64,000 bases of DNA from Phaeosaccion multiseriatum. Taxonomy: Eukaryota; Protista; Ochrophyta, other classes. Under the pieces are notes generated by a model that worked only from the letters and a program-made list of their open reading frames with translations, made no database searches and was not told the origin of the DNA. The stretch lies in contig OZ218955.1 of NCBI GenBank assembly GCA_965112735.1, forward strand, positions 2,914,001-2,978,000. Reading direction: 5' to 3'. Shown here in pieces: positions 45,210 through 57,686 of this stretch. How positions within the stretch are numbered: the stretch's first letter is position 1; each line of letters begins with the position of its first letter. The position numbers and the translations under genes were made by a program.

Positions 45210-47076
45210 TGTGTGTTTGTGTGTTCATGTTGTGTCGTGTTGTGTTGTGTTGTGTTGTATGTGTGCGTGTGTGTATGTACGTGTGTGTGTGTGAGTGTGA
45301 GTATGGTGTCGCACTTTGTGTTTTGGGCACCACGTCCGGAGGCGAAGATGTGGGAACATTCAAATGTGGGGCACACATGCTTGACTTTGTTCTGTATGCT
45401 CGCTCGGGTCATCATCGTCCTGCCTTCCTCACCTAGTCCAATGAATAACCTGCCCAGCAGCACCATCCACAGCGCCTCGTAAGAGAGGGCCAGAGCGTAG
45501 AGGAAGTTGCCCGTGATGAGCAGCGCCGCACAGAGCAGCAGGGGAGCCTTGAACACCATGTTGCTCCACCACGAGTACAGCACACACGACACGCAGGCTG
45601 TGGGGGAGGAGGGGAGGAGGGGAGGAGGGGTGTGGGGTGGGCGTAGTCGGGGGTAGCAGCGGGAGGGCATCTCAGTGCAAGAGGTGGGTGAGGTGGGGGG
45701 TCCAAAGTCACGACGACTGTTTCACCCACTCGACTGATTCATTCACTCACTCACGAATCATCCCACCCATCCACCCACCCACCCAACCACTGCCATCCAC
45801 CCACCAGCGACGGGAGTCATTCCGATGATCAGGCCTGACATGGCTGGTGATCCTCCCAGGGCCGCCGCGTACTGTATCGAGGGTTGGGCAAAGGAAAGTT
45901 CTTCGGAGTCAATGCAGGCTCCTCTATCCTCTCTCTTCTCCCTCCCCCTCTCCTTCCGACCCACCCACCTTGGCGGACGTTGGCGCAACGCAGTAGTAGT
46001 TGCTCATGTAGAAGCCCGTAATGGCGAGGTTCAGCATTGCCGTGAACTTGTCGAGCTCTCTCTTACTCGCATCCTCCTCGCGTTCGTCGCCCATGCCGCC
46101 CTCCAGGAGGAGGTCACTGTGGGGGGTATCGGAGCACACGAATACACAGACACAAACACGCACACATATGGAAAGAGAGAGAGAGAGAGAGGGAGCGCTG
46201 TTGAGTGAGGATAGTGAGCAAGAAGGGGATCTGACAGACTCTGGTGCTTGTGCTAGCCACAGACCGGCCCTGGGCCAAATTCAATACATCAAAAGCCTCA
46301 AACGCTCTTCATCATCACACAACCCGCCTGACGTACTGAGCGAGTCTGGGCTGTCATATGGCCGTAGGGCGGAGGGCTCGCGAGAGACAAAGATGTCTTG
46401 TACTCACCTGCTGAGAGTGAGGTAGTCTTGCACGGTCCTCTCCTGTGCGACGCTCAGCTCTAACTGAGCCAAATGGATCTCCTGCACAAGGGCAGCACAC
46501 ACGGGCAGATGGCAAAGCGCCACATGGGCAAGGGGTGAGTCAGCAAGGGCAAGGGGTGAGTCAGTAAGGGCAAGGGGTGAGTCAGCAAGGTCAAGGGGTG
46601 AGTCAGCAAGGGCAAGGGGTGAGTCAGCAAGGGCAAGGGGTGAGTCAGCAAGGGCAAGGGGTGAGTCAGCAAGGGCAAGGGGTGAGTCAGCAAGGGCAAG
46701 GGGTGAGTCAGCAAGGGCAAGGGGTGAGTCAGCAAGGGCAAGGGGTGAGTCAGTAAGGGCAAGGGGTCAGTCAGCAAGGGCAAGGGGTGAGTCAGCAAGG
46801 GCAAGGGGTGAGTCAGCAAGGGCAAGGGGTGAGTCAGCAAGGGCAACGGGTGAGTCAGCAAGGGCAAGGGGTGAGTCAGCAAGGGCAAGGGGTGAGTCAG
46901 CAAGGGCAACGGGTGAGTCAGCAAGGGCAAGGGGTGAGTCAGCAAGGGCAAGGGGTGAGTCAGCAAGGGCAAGGGGTGAGTCAGCAAGGGCAAGGGGTGA
47001 GTCAGCATGGGCAAGGGGTGAGTCAGCAAGGGCAAGGGGACAAAAGAGGAGGACACGACACGCAACAGCGCGCAAC

Positions 47077-47112
<36 letters not shown>

Positions 47113-48054
47113 AGTAGAATAAAAATAAAAGTAAAAATAAAAAGAACAAAAAGGAGCTCATTGTTGGGGGACATGGTGGGGAGGCAGGGGCGGAGGGGGA
47201 ACGGTGCGCACCTGGAAAACGTCCGAACGAGAGGTCATACTATCGCCCCTCTCCAACCTCTCCATCTTGGACGGGCTCCTGCCGCCGCTGAACGTTCGTC
47301 TTGACATGCGCCTGCACATGGCACACAGCACAATAGTGCATAGTGATGAATTTTCAAGTCATGCACAACAAGGGAGAGGGATCCATTCTGACAACAAGGA
47401 CCCCCACATGCAATCGCAGGGGAGTGTCTGTGTGTGTCTGTGTGTGTGAGTGAAGGGGGGGGGGGGACGCTAGAAGAGACTCACAAGGCATATTGCCTCC
47501 GGGGAGAGACAGGCAACTGCAGAGAGTCGTAGCACGTCCGCAGGCAGCCGATGATGGCCATCAGGCCCTCGTTGTGGTACAGCTGCTGCAGGCTGGAGGG
47601 GGCAGCATCAGAGAGAGGCATATGGGCAAGCATATGGGCAAGACCGCATGACACAACAGGAGAGGTAGACAGGCAGGCAGGACCGGTGGGGAGAGGACAG
47701 AGTGAGAACTGAGGCTTGCTGTGCACGGCAATGGCACGGTACAGTGTGTCCACAGTGTCTCTACAGTGTACCTACAGTGTGCCTACAGTGTGTACAGGGT
47801 GCGTGTGCAGAGTGAGGGTGAGTATGTACTGTGTGTGTGTCCTGACCTGGAGTACTTGACCCTGGCCCTGGAGCTGAGGTAGTGCGTGGCCAGCAGGCGG
47901 TCTCGGATCTGCTTGTCATGCTTCTTCAGGATCTTGCGGAGGCCAGTCTGATGTACGCACGTATGGTGACGTACGTACGTATGTGCAGAGGAGGAGACGC
48001 ACCAAATGCCCCAGGGCAGGGCGCCGCGTGCCATAATCATAGCAGACACAAACA

Positions 48055-48110
<56 letters not shown>

Positions 48111-49635
48111 CGGAGGAGTCCAGCAAAGGCAAAGGGGGATGGATTATTCACTCGAGTCAGTTGGGCAGACCAAGGAAGGAGCTCCACGTCGGTCGCTTCC
48201 TGGGGGAGGCGGTGTGTGTGTGCGCACACTCTGCCCACTTCCCATACCCAATACCCAATACCCAATACCTAATACTATCCCCTACTCCTTCCCCAACGCC
48301 CACACCCAGTTCTACCCACTACCCCATGCCACAACCCAATACCCTACCACCCACCACATTGAGTTGTAGGAAGCGGATGAGGCGGATAACCTCCACCCCG
48401 ATGCCGTTAATGGCGTCGAGGATGGGGGACGGGTCCCTGCCGTCTGGCATGAGTGCTGCTGGTGCTTCTGTTTGGGCCCCTACTTGGGCTGCCCCGAAGG
48501 ATGGGGGGAGGGTCATGGCTGAGGGAGAGGCTGTAATGGACGAGGCAGGGGCCGGGGGAGGGGAGGGGGGAGGAGGGAGGGAGGAAGAGCGGGGAGATGG
48601 CAAGAGATGGCATAGACACATGAGAGGGGGAGGGAGAGCGACGTGGAGAAGCAGGGAGGAGTGGGTTACCACACAAGGGGGACGAGGAGTGGGGGCTATG
48701 AAGGTAAGGCAACATCCCAAGAGTACCTAGGTATAGGCACTTGGTTAGAGGGCATATATATATGTATGTAGTCTCTGCTCGTATCATTCGTGAGAACAGC
48801 CCGAGAGTTCCCTCTCGGCTTAACGGGTCCTGACACCTACCACCGTACCTGCTCCTCCCCCGCTGCTTGGGGGCACCAATTGGTTCATGTGTTCACGCAG
48901 CTCTCTGAGCTTCTGCGCGGTCTCCCCCTGCTTTTCCAGGAAGTAGAGCACCACCTTCTCCACCTGTAGGCGGGTGTTACGACCCAATCGCCCGGCCCGG
49001 TCCGGCGGCACAGAGAAAAGGTGGAGAGGGGAGGGGGTGGTGTTAACGGACTATTAGGAAAGGAGAAAGAGGGGGGGGGGGGTGCGCTTTGCTCAATCGG
49101 GAAGGGAGCAATGTGGGCAGGGGAAAGTGCATCGGCGGAAGCATGACGTGGTGTGTGGCAAAATGCAAGGGGCACAAGGGAGACGCACCACGGAGAGAAG
49201 AGTTGGAGAGACAAGAGAGAAGAGATGAAGAAGAGAGAGAGAGAGGCACGTTCAACAAATCTCCCTCACCTCTTCGTCCAGCGTCCGGCCAAAGTCCTCC
49301 TCCAGCTCGTCCACCTTGGCCATGAGATCCTCCTCCATGTCTGTCTCTCCTCCCCTGGGCATCAATAGAGATAGGAGCATAGTGCTGGACGCCCTGGAAA
49401 GGCCGGCTGACGACTGTGAATGCGCTCCAGTGGACGTTTCCGTTCGGGTCCTCTGTCTCTGCCCCCCACCCACCTCCTCCTCCTCGTCCTCCGCCTTGCC
49501 GCCATGGCCGCCCCGAGCAGCTTGATACGTAAGCTTGAGGCGCTTCAGCTTCTTCTTGAGCGCATCGTAATCGAGATAGTGTTCAGTCCAGTCCTCTTCC
49601 TGGTTCTCATGCAACTTTTGAGCAAAGTTCACCAT
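42413..49635 (-). CDS. SPX-MFS (PHT5/VPT-like) vacuolar phosphate transporter, 16 exons
   Basis: SPX: MVNFAQKL...W..HYLDYDALKKKLK, EVEKVVLYFLEKQG, LNVTGLRKILKKHDK. MFS: YMSNYY, LLGRLFIGLGGARGVNRRFIAD, SASFVAIGALGMAFGPA, EGVIMSVLSK, GTFNSGFL|ATEAGTFAR. Exons 49635-49270, 48963-48849, 48530-48355, 47947-47847, 47592-47485, 47311-47212, 46481-46408, 46116-45969, 45871-45805, 45597-45433, 45156-44876, 44602-44138, 43925-43813, 43527-43398, 43126-43043, 42580-42413. Confidence 0.94.
46525..47039. repeat. Intronic 21-bp minisatellite, about 24 copies
   Basis: Unit GGGCAAGGGGTGAGTCAGCAA with few variants, in SPX-MFS intron 6. Confidence 0.97.
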
Positions 49636-50311
49636 TTGGGTCTAAAGGCTCCCCTCCTACTTGTTTCTACCACTGCTGTGGTATCCCTGCTGCTCCTCCT
49701 CCGGCTACAGCTCCTGGCGCATGATCCTGATCGTCTACTGCTCTTTTAGCCGCTTCAGCTGCTTCTGCTGCTGCCCCGGTTCTTCTCCGAGCAAGGGTGA
49801 GTGGCTCTTTTCTCCCCTCTTTGTTCTCTGCTACGCTGTTCTCCCTGCTGTTACGACCAGAAAGCAGGCAACGTGTGTCCGCTCTCTCCTTTCTCCTCTC
49901 TTTGTGCTCTGCACACTCTCGTCCTCCCGCGTGTTATGAGGTAAAAGAAGCCGCAAGGCAACAAGACAGTCCGTGGACATGCGGAGGGGAGGTGGTAATC
50001 CGCGAGGTGCGTCACAGCTGCCGAGATTGAAACTGAACCCTTTCCCTCGCGTCCCATCGTTCCATCCCACAGAGCGCGGTACACCAGCTGAGAGGGAGGT
50101 GGAACAAAAGAGCGGCAGGTTGGGCGCATCAGGAGAGGCATACACCATTCTTTCAGCCCATGTTCTTTTTATGATGTGCTTGTAGGAAAGCCTGCTGCTG
50201 CCTTGGACCTATACAGGCGCACCACAGGATATGTTGGCCCCCTCCTGCGCCAATGTGGGCAGGCCTGCCAGTAAGCAAGGCTTCATCCGGCGTGGCCCCT
50301 TGCCATTCAAT

Positions 50312-50545
50312 TTGGCCCCTGATATGCTTCTGAGACAGGCCAGCCCAGAAGCAAGAAGCAGGCCGGCTGGAGCCGGCCAGAAGCAGGAAGCAGCCTTGGC
50401 CCTCATCATTGCCTTATTACATGGCTTTCCCCCAGAACCTGGAACCTGCCTGGCCGGCTGGCGCCAGCCAGAAGCAGGAAGCAGGCCGGCTGACGCCGGC
50501 CAGAAGCAGGAAGCAGGGTCGCCTCAGAAGCATGTCAGGGGCCGA
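50312..50545. mobile_element. Non-autonomous TIR element (MITE-like) C, 234 bp
   Basis: TIR T(T/C)GGCCCCTGA(T/C)ATGCTTCTGAG, about 22 bp with 2 mismatches; perfect 7-bp TSD ATTCAAT (50305-50311, 50546-50552); internal repeats CCAGAAGCAGGAAGCAG and GGCCGGCTG. Confidence 0.85.
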
Positions 50546-51032
50546 ATTCAATGTGTAAGCACTAGAGCGGAGGGCCCGCCCTCACCACTTGACTCACCCC
50601 CCAACAAAGCTGTCCCACCCTCTGCTACTCCCAGCGGCGGTCGTGCTCTTGCATGGCCTTTCTTGCCTCCCTCTCCTTCCTCCTCTGCTCCACAAAGTAT
50701 GGGAGGGTCATCTCGTAGTCAATGAGCCCCTTGCGAGGAGCCGCCACCTACACGAAGCCAGTGTAGTAGTCCGTCGGGTAGTCCCTGCGGCTCGTCATTG
50801 TGCGGTAGTAGCGCGACTGTCCAAAGGCCAGAAGAAGCAGAGGGGGGTGGTGGTGGTGGGCGAAGGTGTTGTTACTAGGCAGGTTCGACGAAGGCTTTGA
50901 AGCACGTTGTGAGCAAAGTACGTGTGAGCAAACCTTTGTCATTGCTTTCAATGGTATCGTCTCGAACTTCACCTCAGTGCTCCAAGCCAGTCACAACTTA
51001 CACGTGGAGCTCAACCCCTGATCATCCTCATA

Positions 51033-51704
51033 CTACGTACGCACGTCGTCTGCGGGAATGGTGCGAAGCAGAATCGTCTCTTCGTCGTAGCATCTTCCCG
51101 CAGCGAGAAAGGAAGGCAGAGTAGGCTTCACCCTCTTAGGCGTCCAGGGCACTCCAGTGGGTCGCTCTAGGCACATGCCATGAGTGAAGTTGCCAAAGTC
51201 GGTCAGTCGCACCCTCTCCTCCCGTCCAATGTCCCCCAGTCTGCAGGTCTGGCACCTCCCTGAGAGCAAAGCAGCGATGGATTTGAGGCGGACGTGCTTG
51301 AGCCTGCCTCCCTCTGGATGTCGAAAGAGGAAGGTTCCCTTCAGGATTGTCAGCTGTGCTTCTGAGCACCCCAACCTTCTCAGCCAGGCGAGGAAGGGGC
51401 GCGTTATCGCCGCTGCTCGGGATGCCTGGCTCACACACGGCCGGTCCTGCATGTAGCGTCGGTTCTCTTCCAGCAGCATCTCTCGCTCTGCAGCATACGC
51501 CTTCTTCAGCACTCGCTTGTACTCCTTTCCCACCAGGTCGCTGAAGGAGCTGCACGTCTGTGCTAGGCCCCATATGTCACCCAGCCTGGGTGGGTAGGCC
51601 TTGATGAGTACATCAAACGCATTGAGGCGAAGAGAAGCGGAGCCCCCGCCACTCGATTCTTTCTTCCCATTTGACCCGCCGGGCCGGGCCCCCTCCGCGT
51701 TCAT
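51033..51704 (-). CDS. Intronless protein with F-box-like N-terminus and CxxC...HxxC zinc-finger-like motif (intact copy of a tandem family)
   Basis: LRLNAFDVLIKAYPP..DIWGLAQTCSSFSDLV; CQTC...LTDFG...HGMC; clear paralogy to 52294-52916. Confidence 0.65.
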   Translation of the reverse strand: MNAEGARPGGSNGKKESSGGGSASLRLNAFDVLIKAYPPRLGDIWGLAQTCSSFSDLVGKEYKRVLKKAYAAEREMLLEENRRYMQDRPCVSQASRAAAITRPFLAWLRRLGCSEAQLTILKGTFLFRHPEGGRLKHVRLKSIAALLSGRCQTCRLGDIGREERVRLTDFGNFTHGMCLERPTGVPWTPKRVKPTLPSFLAAGRCYDEETILLRTIPADDVRT

Positions 51705-52293
51705 AGCACCACCAGCAGACCACCTCCACACGCCGCGCACGACGACTATACTCAACCGAATCCCCCCTAATTGACAGGGCCCCTCCTACGTGATGAAGGC
51801 GAGGCTTCAAGAGAGAGAGGCGAAGCGTTGACACGTGCTGACACGGCCCAGCAGCAACAGAGCCGACTAAACCAATGGAGCGAGTAGATGGCCCACTAGG
51901 CGCGAAGGCGATAGAAGAGCGCTAGTTACGGTAGACAACTTGTCCCAAGCTCTTGAGATACTGCATTGTGTAAGAGAGGAAGCATGGAAAAAAAAAAGGT
52001 TTCTTTGGTTGGTCGGGCCCCCTGGGGAACAGATGAAGGCCTCCTGCTTTTCCAGAGGCCTCGGCGGTGATCCGCCCCCCTCCATTCGTTACAGTGTTAG
52101 CGGTAGCGTCATGGCTGGCTCGAAGAGCAAACGAGGAAAGCCTCGAGACAATCGAGAGGGGGGGGACGTGGTTCGGTGTCGTAGAATCGGACGCAGCGGC
52201 ACAGGGAGCGAGCGGGCAAGAGGAAGGCCAGTGGAGCCAAGCGACAGACCCTGCTGACATCGGCTTTGTAGCCTCACTCTGTCCTTGCGCTCC

Positions 52294-52916
52294 TCATTCT
52301 CCGCCCACTATGCTGAAGGAGGTGCATCTAAGCAACTCGGAGTGGTCTGAAGAGCAGGAGCAGCAGACCGTTGGAACCTCTGCATCAGCGCCAGAAACTC
52401 TGCTCATCTTCTCAGCTCGTGCTGCAGAGGACGTGCTGCACAGATTTTTAGCCACATCTCCTTCGAAGAGGCACACTTCTGATGGGCGTAGACTCCAAAG
52501 TCGGTAAGGCTGTCGCTGTTGGTGCCGAGGGGAGCCCTAGTGGGGCACATTTGGCACTTGGATGTGAAGAGGAAGGCAACAACGGCATTGAGCCGCACGT
52601 GCTTGACGAGCCCGGCAGAGCTGAAGAGGTAGTGATCGCTCATTATTGACACCTCCTCCTCTCCGAGCCCGACCCTCACCAGCCAAGCGAGCATGGGGGC
52701 TGTCTTGTCTTGTTCGTCACGAGGACTTCTTGAGGACTCGCGTGCACTCCTCCCCCACACATGCGTTGACGGCGCGAGAGGATTGGGCCAGGGAGAGGAG
52801 CGCGGAGGGTGGGCCTGGATCGCAACTTCAAGGGCCTTCTGGCGGAGATTAGCGGAGCTACAGACCGTCTTGCGTAGGTTCCCGCTCCTCTTCTGCATCT
52901 TTTCCTTGCTACTCAT
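52294..52916 (-). pseudogene. Frameshifted paralog of 51033-51704
   Basis: Homology switches frame near 52800 (LSLAQSS...VGEECTRVLKK lies in another frame), returns near 52720 after a deletion, and probably shifts again near 52475 (HQKC then CLFEG in another frame). Confidence 0.75.
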
Positions 52917-53111
52917 TTTGTTGTGGTAGTCGTCTTAGGCGGCCCTTCTTCGTCGAGCTCCTCTTCCGCGGAAGACGATTTTTCTCCCTGCTAGAGAAAG
53001 AGAGAGCGAGCGAGGCATCGAGCGAGAGAGAGGGGGGAAGGGTGGGCGGAGAGAGACGGGGGTTAGAGGGAGTAGGCACGGCGAGAAAGGAGTCGAAAGA
53101 GAGTTCCAGCG

Positions 53112-53250
53112 TCAACAATGGTCGACAGCAAAGAAGACGTGCTCCCCATTCCAAACAGTGATGTAGTACCTGCCCGCCGCGAGGAAGGAAGATGAGCTTA
53201 GCCCTTCATAATGGCCTTTTTTCACTCGACCCAATTTTTGCTTACTAAGA
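53112..53250 (-). pseudogene. C-terminal relic of a third family copy
   Basis: RVK...SFLAAGRYY matches RVK...SFLAAGRCY at the end of 51033-51704. Confidence 0.5.
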
Positions 53251-53360
53251 AAAATGGGGCTCTGTGCCCCAAACGTGCTTGTTCCTGCCTGCCCTCGAGC
53301 CCTACAGAGCCCTGACGTGATACTCTCCCCTCCTCCTATGGCCACCAATCTGCCCTGGGC

Positions 53361-56300
53361 ATGGAGTTTTCCTCTATCGTGATAGTAATGTCTCTCCTGC
53401 TCAAGCTCGGGCTCCTAGCTCTGCTTCCGATGCTGGCAGTTCTGGGGCAGGAGCTCGGAGGGACGGAAGAACCGATGTCAGAAACGGTAGCCCTTTCTCC
53501 GACCTCATGTGATGATCTGTCCGGCTACTCACAACAGAGGGTACGTGAGTCTTGACTGCTTCCTCTCTCCCTTCTTCTCTCTATATAATCGTTCTCTGTC
53601 TCCGCTCTCGCTCTCTCCCAATCCCTTCATCTCTTTTCCGCTCTCCCTCCCTTTCGTCCGCTCTCTCCCTCCTCCCCCTTTCTCCCCTCTTTCTCGCGCG
53701 ATGTTGACTTGCGCAGACCATAAACTTGGAAGTAGACATTAGGTGGGTACGGCTTCTCTGTGGGCCCGGAAGCAGCTGACTAAGCAGAAAGGGCCAAGGA
53801 GTGCGAGAGGGGGGAGTGACGAGGGGAGGGGAAGAGGAGTTGGAGCGAGGAGTGGTATCAGTGGTCGCGACATGCAGCAAGCGGCCTGGCTGGCTTGTCC
53901 TTTCGCCCTTCCGTTTCGGTGCACTCTTTCGCTTGACTTGGCTGGCTGCGCTATCGAGCCCACTCCCCCATTCCCGCATAACCTCCCTTTCGGACTGACT
54001 GACTGACTGACTGACTGACTGACTGACGGCTCTTTTCCGCGCTGCCCTCCTGCAGCTGCCCTTCGGTCGTGACGGTGGCGGTGTCGTCGCCCGCGGAGGT
54101 GGTTGTGAGTGCCACCGCCGTCACTCTGGAGAGAATCCGATTCGAGGTGTACGAGTCGTCCTCGCTAAACTTCACAGGCCTCGGAGCTCTTACCCTGGTG
54201 AGATGTACGCAGCAGCAGCAGCAGCTGCATAGCTGTATGCATGTCGCGGTCTGCGGTGAAGGCCATTGAAGCCAAAGCTCTGCATCTCAAGCAACCGATT
54301 GCCCCTCACGACTCTCTCTCCTCTTGAAAGGTCCTCTTCTCTCTATTGTCGCTGCCTCTTACAAGTCCGTTCTCTCTCTCCTTCGCGTGTGCGCGTTGCT
54401 GCGGTGTTGCCAGTCACCCGACCGGCTCACTCGACTCCACCCTCGTCTCTGCTTCCCTACACTCGCCATGTCTGACGTCTGACTCTGCCTCTCTCTCACA
54501 TCTGTGACACATATGTATACCATTCTCCCGCGCAATCGCAAAGGACGGGCGGGGAGCTCCCTCCTCATCAGGGGCCCTGTTTTCCTCCAGCCCCGAGGGG
54601 GTGCGCTTCACTAACCTTGGTGGCACCACCTTCACCAACTGGAGGGGCTCCACCGGTGCATGCATGAGCCTACTCACCGGGGCAGTGGTCATCTTCAACA
54701 GCAAGAGCCGTTTCCAGACCTCGCGCGCCCTCACCAACGGTGGTTGCGTGTACCTGTATCAGGGGCGCCTCGTGTTTAATGCGGAGACAACCTTCTCGGA
54801 TTGCGAAGCCCCTGCGGTACGTAGCGAAGGCACACGTTGCAAGACCGAGGCAAAGCTGTAAGGTTCTACGGTTACGGTTAGGCTATACGCTTTTCCCCCA
54901 TGACGTCTGCCTCTCTTTCTCTGCCTCACTCCACCCCCTGCCTGCTTGTCTGTTACACGCTGTCTCAGTTCGGAGGTGGCCTCTACGCGCAGCAGGCAGA
55001 CGTGGACTTCAACAACTCCACCCTCTTCCTCAGCAATCAAGCTTCCTCGGTAGGTGGGGCTGGGAGTGTCGGTGTGGCAGTGGCTGAGTGACTCTTGCGC
55101 TTCTCTACTCGTGGCCTCACCTCTGCCCTATGACTCTGAAGCCCTCTTACCTCTCGCTCTGCCTGTTGCTCACCCTCCCCTCCAACCCATCCCCTCCCGG
55201 CACCCACCCACCTCACCCACCCACCCACCCACCCAACCCACCTCACCCACCAAGGGCGGCGGAGCGCTATACACGACCGGCTCTACGGTGCGCGTGCCCG
55301 GAGAGACAAGCTTCGTATCCAACTCCGTCACCTCAGGTGGGGGAGGAGCGGTGCTCAATGTTAACTCAGACGTTGACTTCACAGGACGAGTGTCCTTCAT
55401 TGCAAACAACGCCTCTCTGGTAAGTGTTGAAGTTGAAGTCGAAGTGAGGGGCTCGCTGCAGGAGCAAGGCTGGGCTTGACTGGGCTGACGGCAAAGCAAG
55501 GGGGCTGACTGATAGCACTGCCTTGGCTGGCTAGATGACTTATTAAACCTCGTTCACGCGTTTTGAGCTCGTGGCCTGGAAAGCCTCCTTCTCTTTCTTT
55601 TCAGTTGGTTTGGTTACGAGTATGTTCCACTGTCGCTACTCGCAACCAGCTGCTACTATGCTGACTCACGTACCCCCGTTCCCCTCTCCTCTCTATTATT
55701 GCATCGGATGGTACCCTATGGTACAGAATGGAGGGGCTGTCTTTAACGTTAATTCAGCGGGCATGACCTTCGCCAGAGATGCACTGTTTATCACCAACGT
55801 CGCTGCTGGGGTGAGTCGCCTGGACTAAGTAGGATGAAGTGACTACTTACGTAAGGTCATACGTGGCTATGGCTCTCCTCTCCAGGGGGGTGAGGCCCCT
55901 TTCCAAGGGGGTGTGCCCTGGAAGGGGGGGGGTGCAGAGGGCCAGAAGAATGCCCTTCCACCCCTTCACACACACCATCTCAAAACCACCTCTTCACTCT
56001 CGTTGTGTGTCGTTGTTGTACGGTGGAGCTCGGAAACAAGCGAAGCTGTAGGGGCCGCCTCACTCACTTGGCTTATTGCTTATTGCTCGCTTTTCTTCTC
56101 CTCCTTCCTCGGCCTCGTTCCACATGGCCTCATGCCCGGGGCTCTTTTTTGCTATAGCTGGGAGGCGGGATGTACAATGCCAATGGCACTCAGTCGAGCA
56201 CAGTTGCTTTCAACGGAGCGGCGGTGCCTTCCTTCTACGGCAACGAAGCTACGGTAAGTGTACAGTCAGTCAGTCGGTCGGTCAGTCAGTCAGTCAGTCA

Positions 56301-57655
56301 GTTCGAAGTCAGTCAGTCGTCAGTCATTCAGCCAGTCAGTCATTCAGTCCGTCAGTCCGTCAGTCAGCGTCAGTCCGTCAGGAAGTCGTCAAGTCAGGAA
56401 GTCGATCGCTGTGTCGGTCAAGTGGAGTGCATCAATAGCGGAATGTGAAGGGCGGGTTCGGCTGCGAGACAAAGGCTGAGCGAGCGTCACGACAGCCGAG
56501 CGAGAGCAGCGACTGGATACTGGAGGGTGCAGAGCGAAGAGAAGACGAGACGAAGAGACGGCGCCAGGCTGATTGGTGGAACGCTTGAACAGCAGTTGCT
56601 TCAAGCGAGGGAGGGCCTGCCCTTGGGGTGGTGGGGGCGGCATGGACATCGGCAGCTGCCGCCTTTGTCGCGACTGCTCCGCCCCCCCGGCGGTCCGCAC
56701 GACGACAAAGGCGACGGCGGCCGAAGCCAATGACCTGTCCCCATGGTAAGCACCCACGCACTCACGCACTCACGCACTCACGCACTCACGCACTCACTAC
56801 TGGGTGAGGGGAGAGGAGGCTGCTCAATCTTCAATCTTCATCTCTCTCTCTCTCTCTTTGTGTGCTCCGAGAGAACCATGGTCTCTTCCACTCGCACGCT
56901 TACGTGCTTCTGCGTGGTCTTATAACAACCCACCTCCGTCGGGATAGCCTACCCTCTCCCCACTCAGGATAGACAACCAACTACTCACCCCACGCCCCCC
57001 TCTCTCGCCCCCATCGTCGCCCTCTTCTTGCCTGACTCTGCTCTACCACCTCCAATACCACAGGACGGCAACGAAGACAGCAGCACCTCCTCCTCCTCCT
57101 CCGTATACGCCGAGGACAACAGCGTCAGCATCGGTCGCACATGCCTCTACCTTGCCGGCGACGTGGAGCCCCTTGACCAACCGAACCAGGAGGAGGGTTT
57201 CCGGGGAGTCGTTTCGTCCGAGCCGCCCCTCTGCTTCGTCGGAGCGGGGGCTGCTACTTCCTCCCCCTCGACTCCTCCACGTCCACGTCCAAGTCCCCCT
57301 CGTCCGTCGCCATCTGTAGGGAGGCCTCCCCGTGGAGCACCACCACCAGCACCACCCGCACCGCCGGTACCACGGGTGGGAGGAGGAGGAGGAGGAGGAG
57401 GAGGAGGAGGAGGAGGGCCGCAGCTTCCGCCGCAGGATGACGCACAAGAGGCAGTCGCCACCCCCCCACCCTCCCCCACGACTGAGGAGGCTTTCGACTC
57501 GGCCCCTGAGGTGGACGCCAATCCAGGCACAGATGGCAATGACACCTCCTGTGCCCGTGCCACACTGCCTCCTCTTTGTCAGAGGAGGTGGAAGGGGAAT
57601 CGGAGGAGGGGGAAGGGGAAGTCTTCTTCATCTTCCTCTTCTTCTTCTTCTTCTT

Positions 57656-57686
<31 letters not shown>

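Noticed and set aside
46460-47161. ORFs of LLTHPLP / SQQGQGV repeats, and a possible CRISPR-like array
   Set aside because: Head-to-tail 21-bp units with no spacers, inside an intron defined by flanking SPX-MFS exons.
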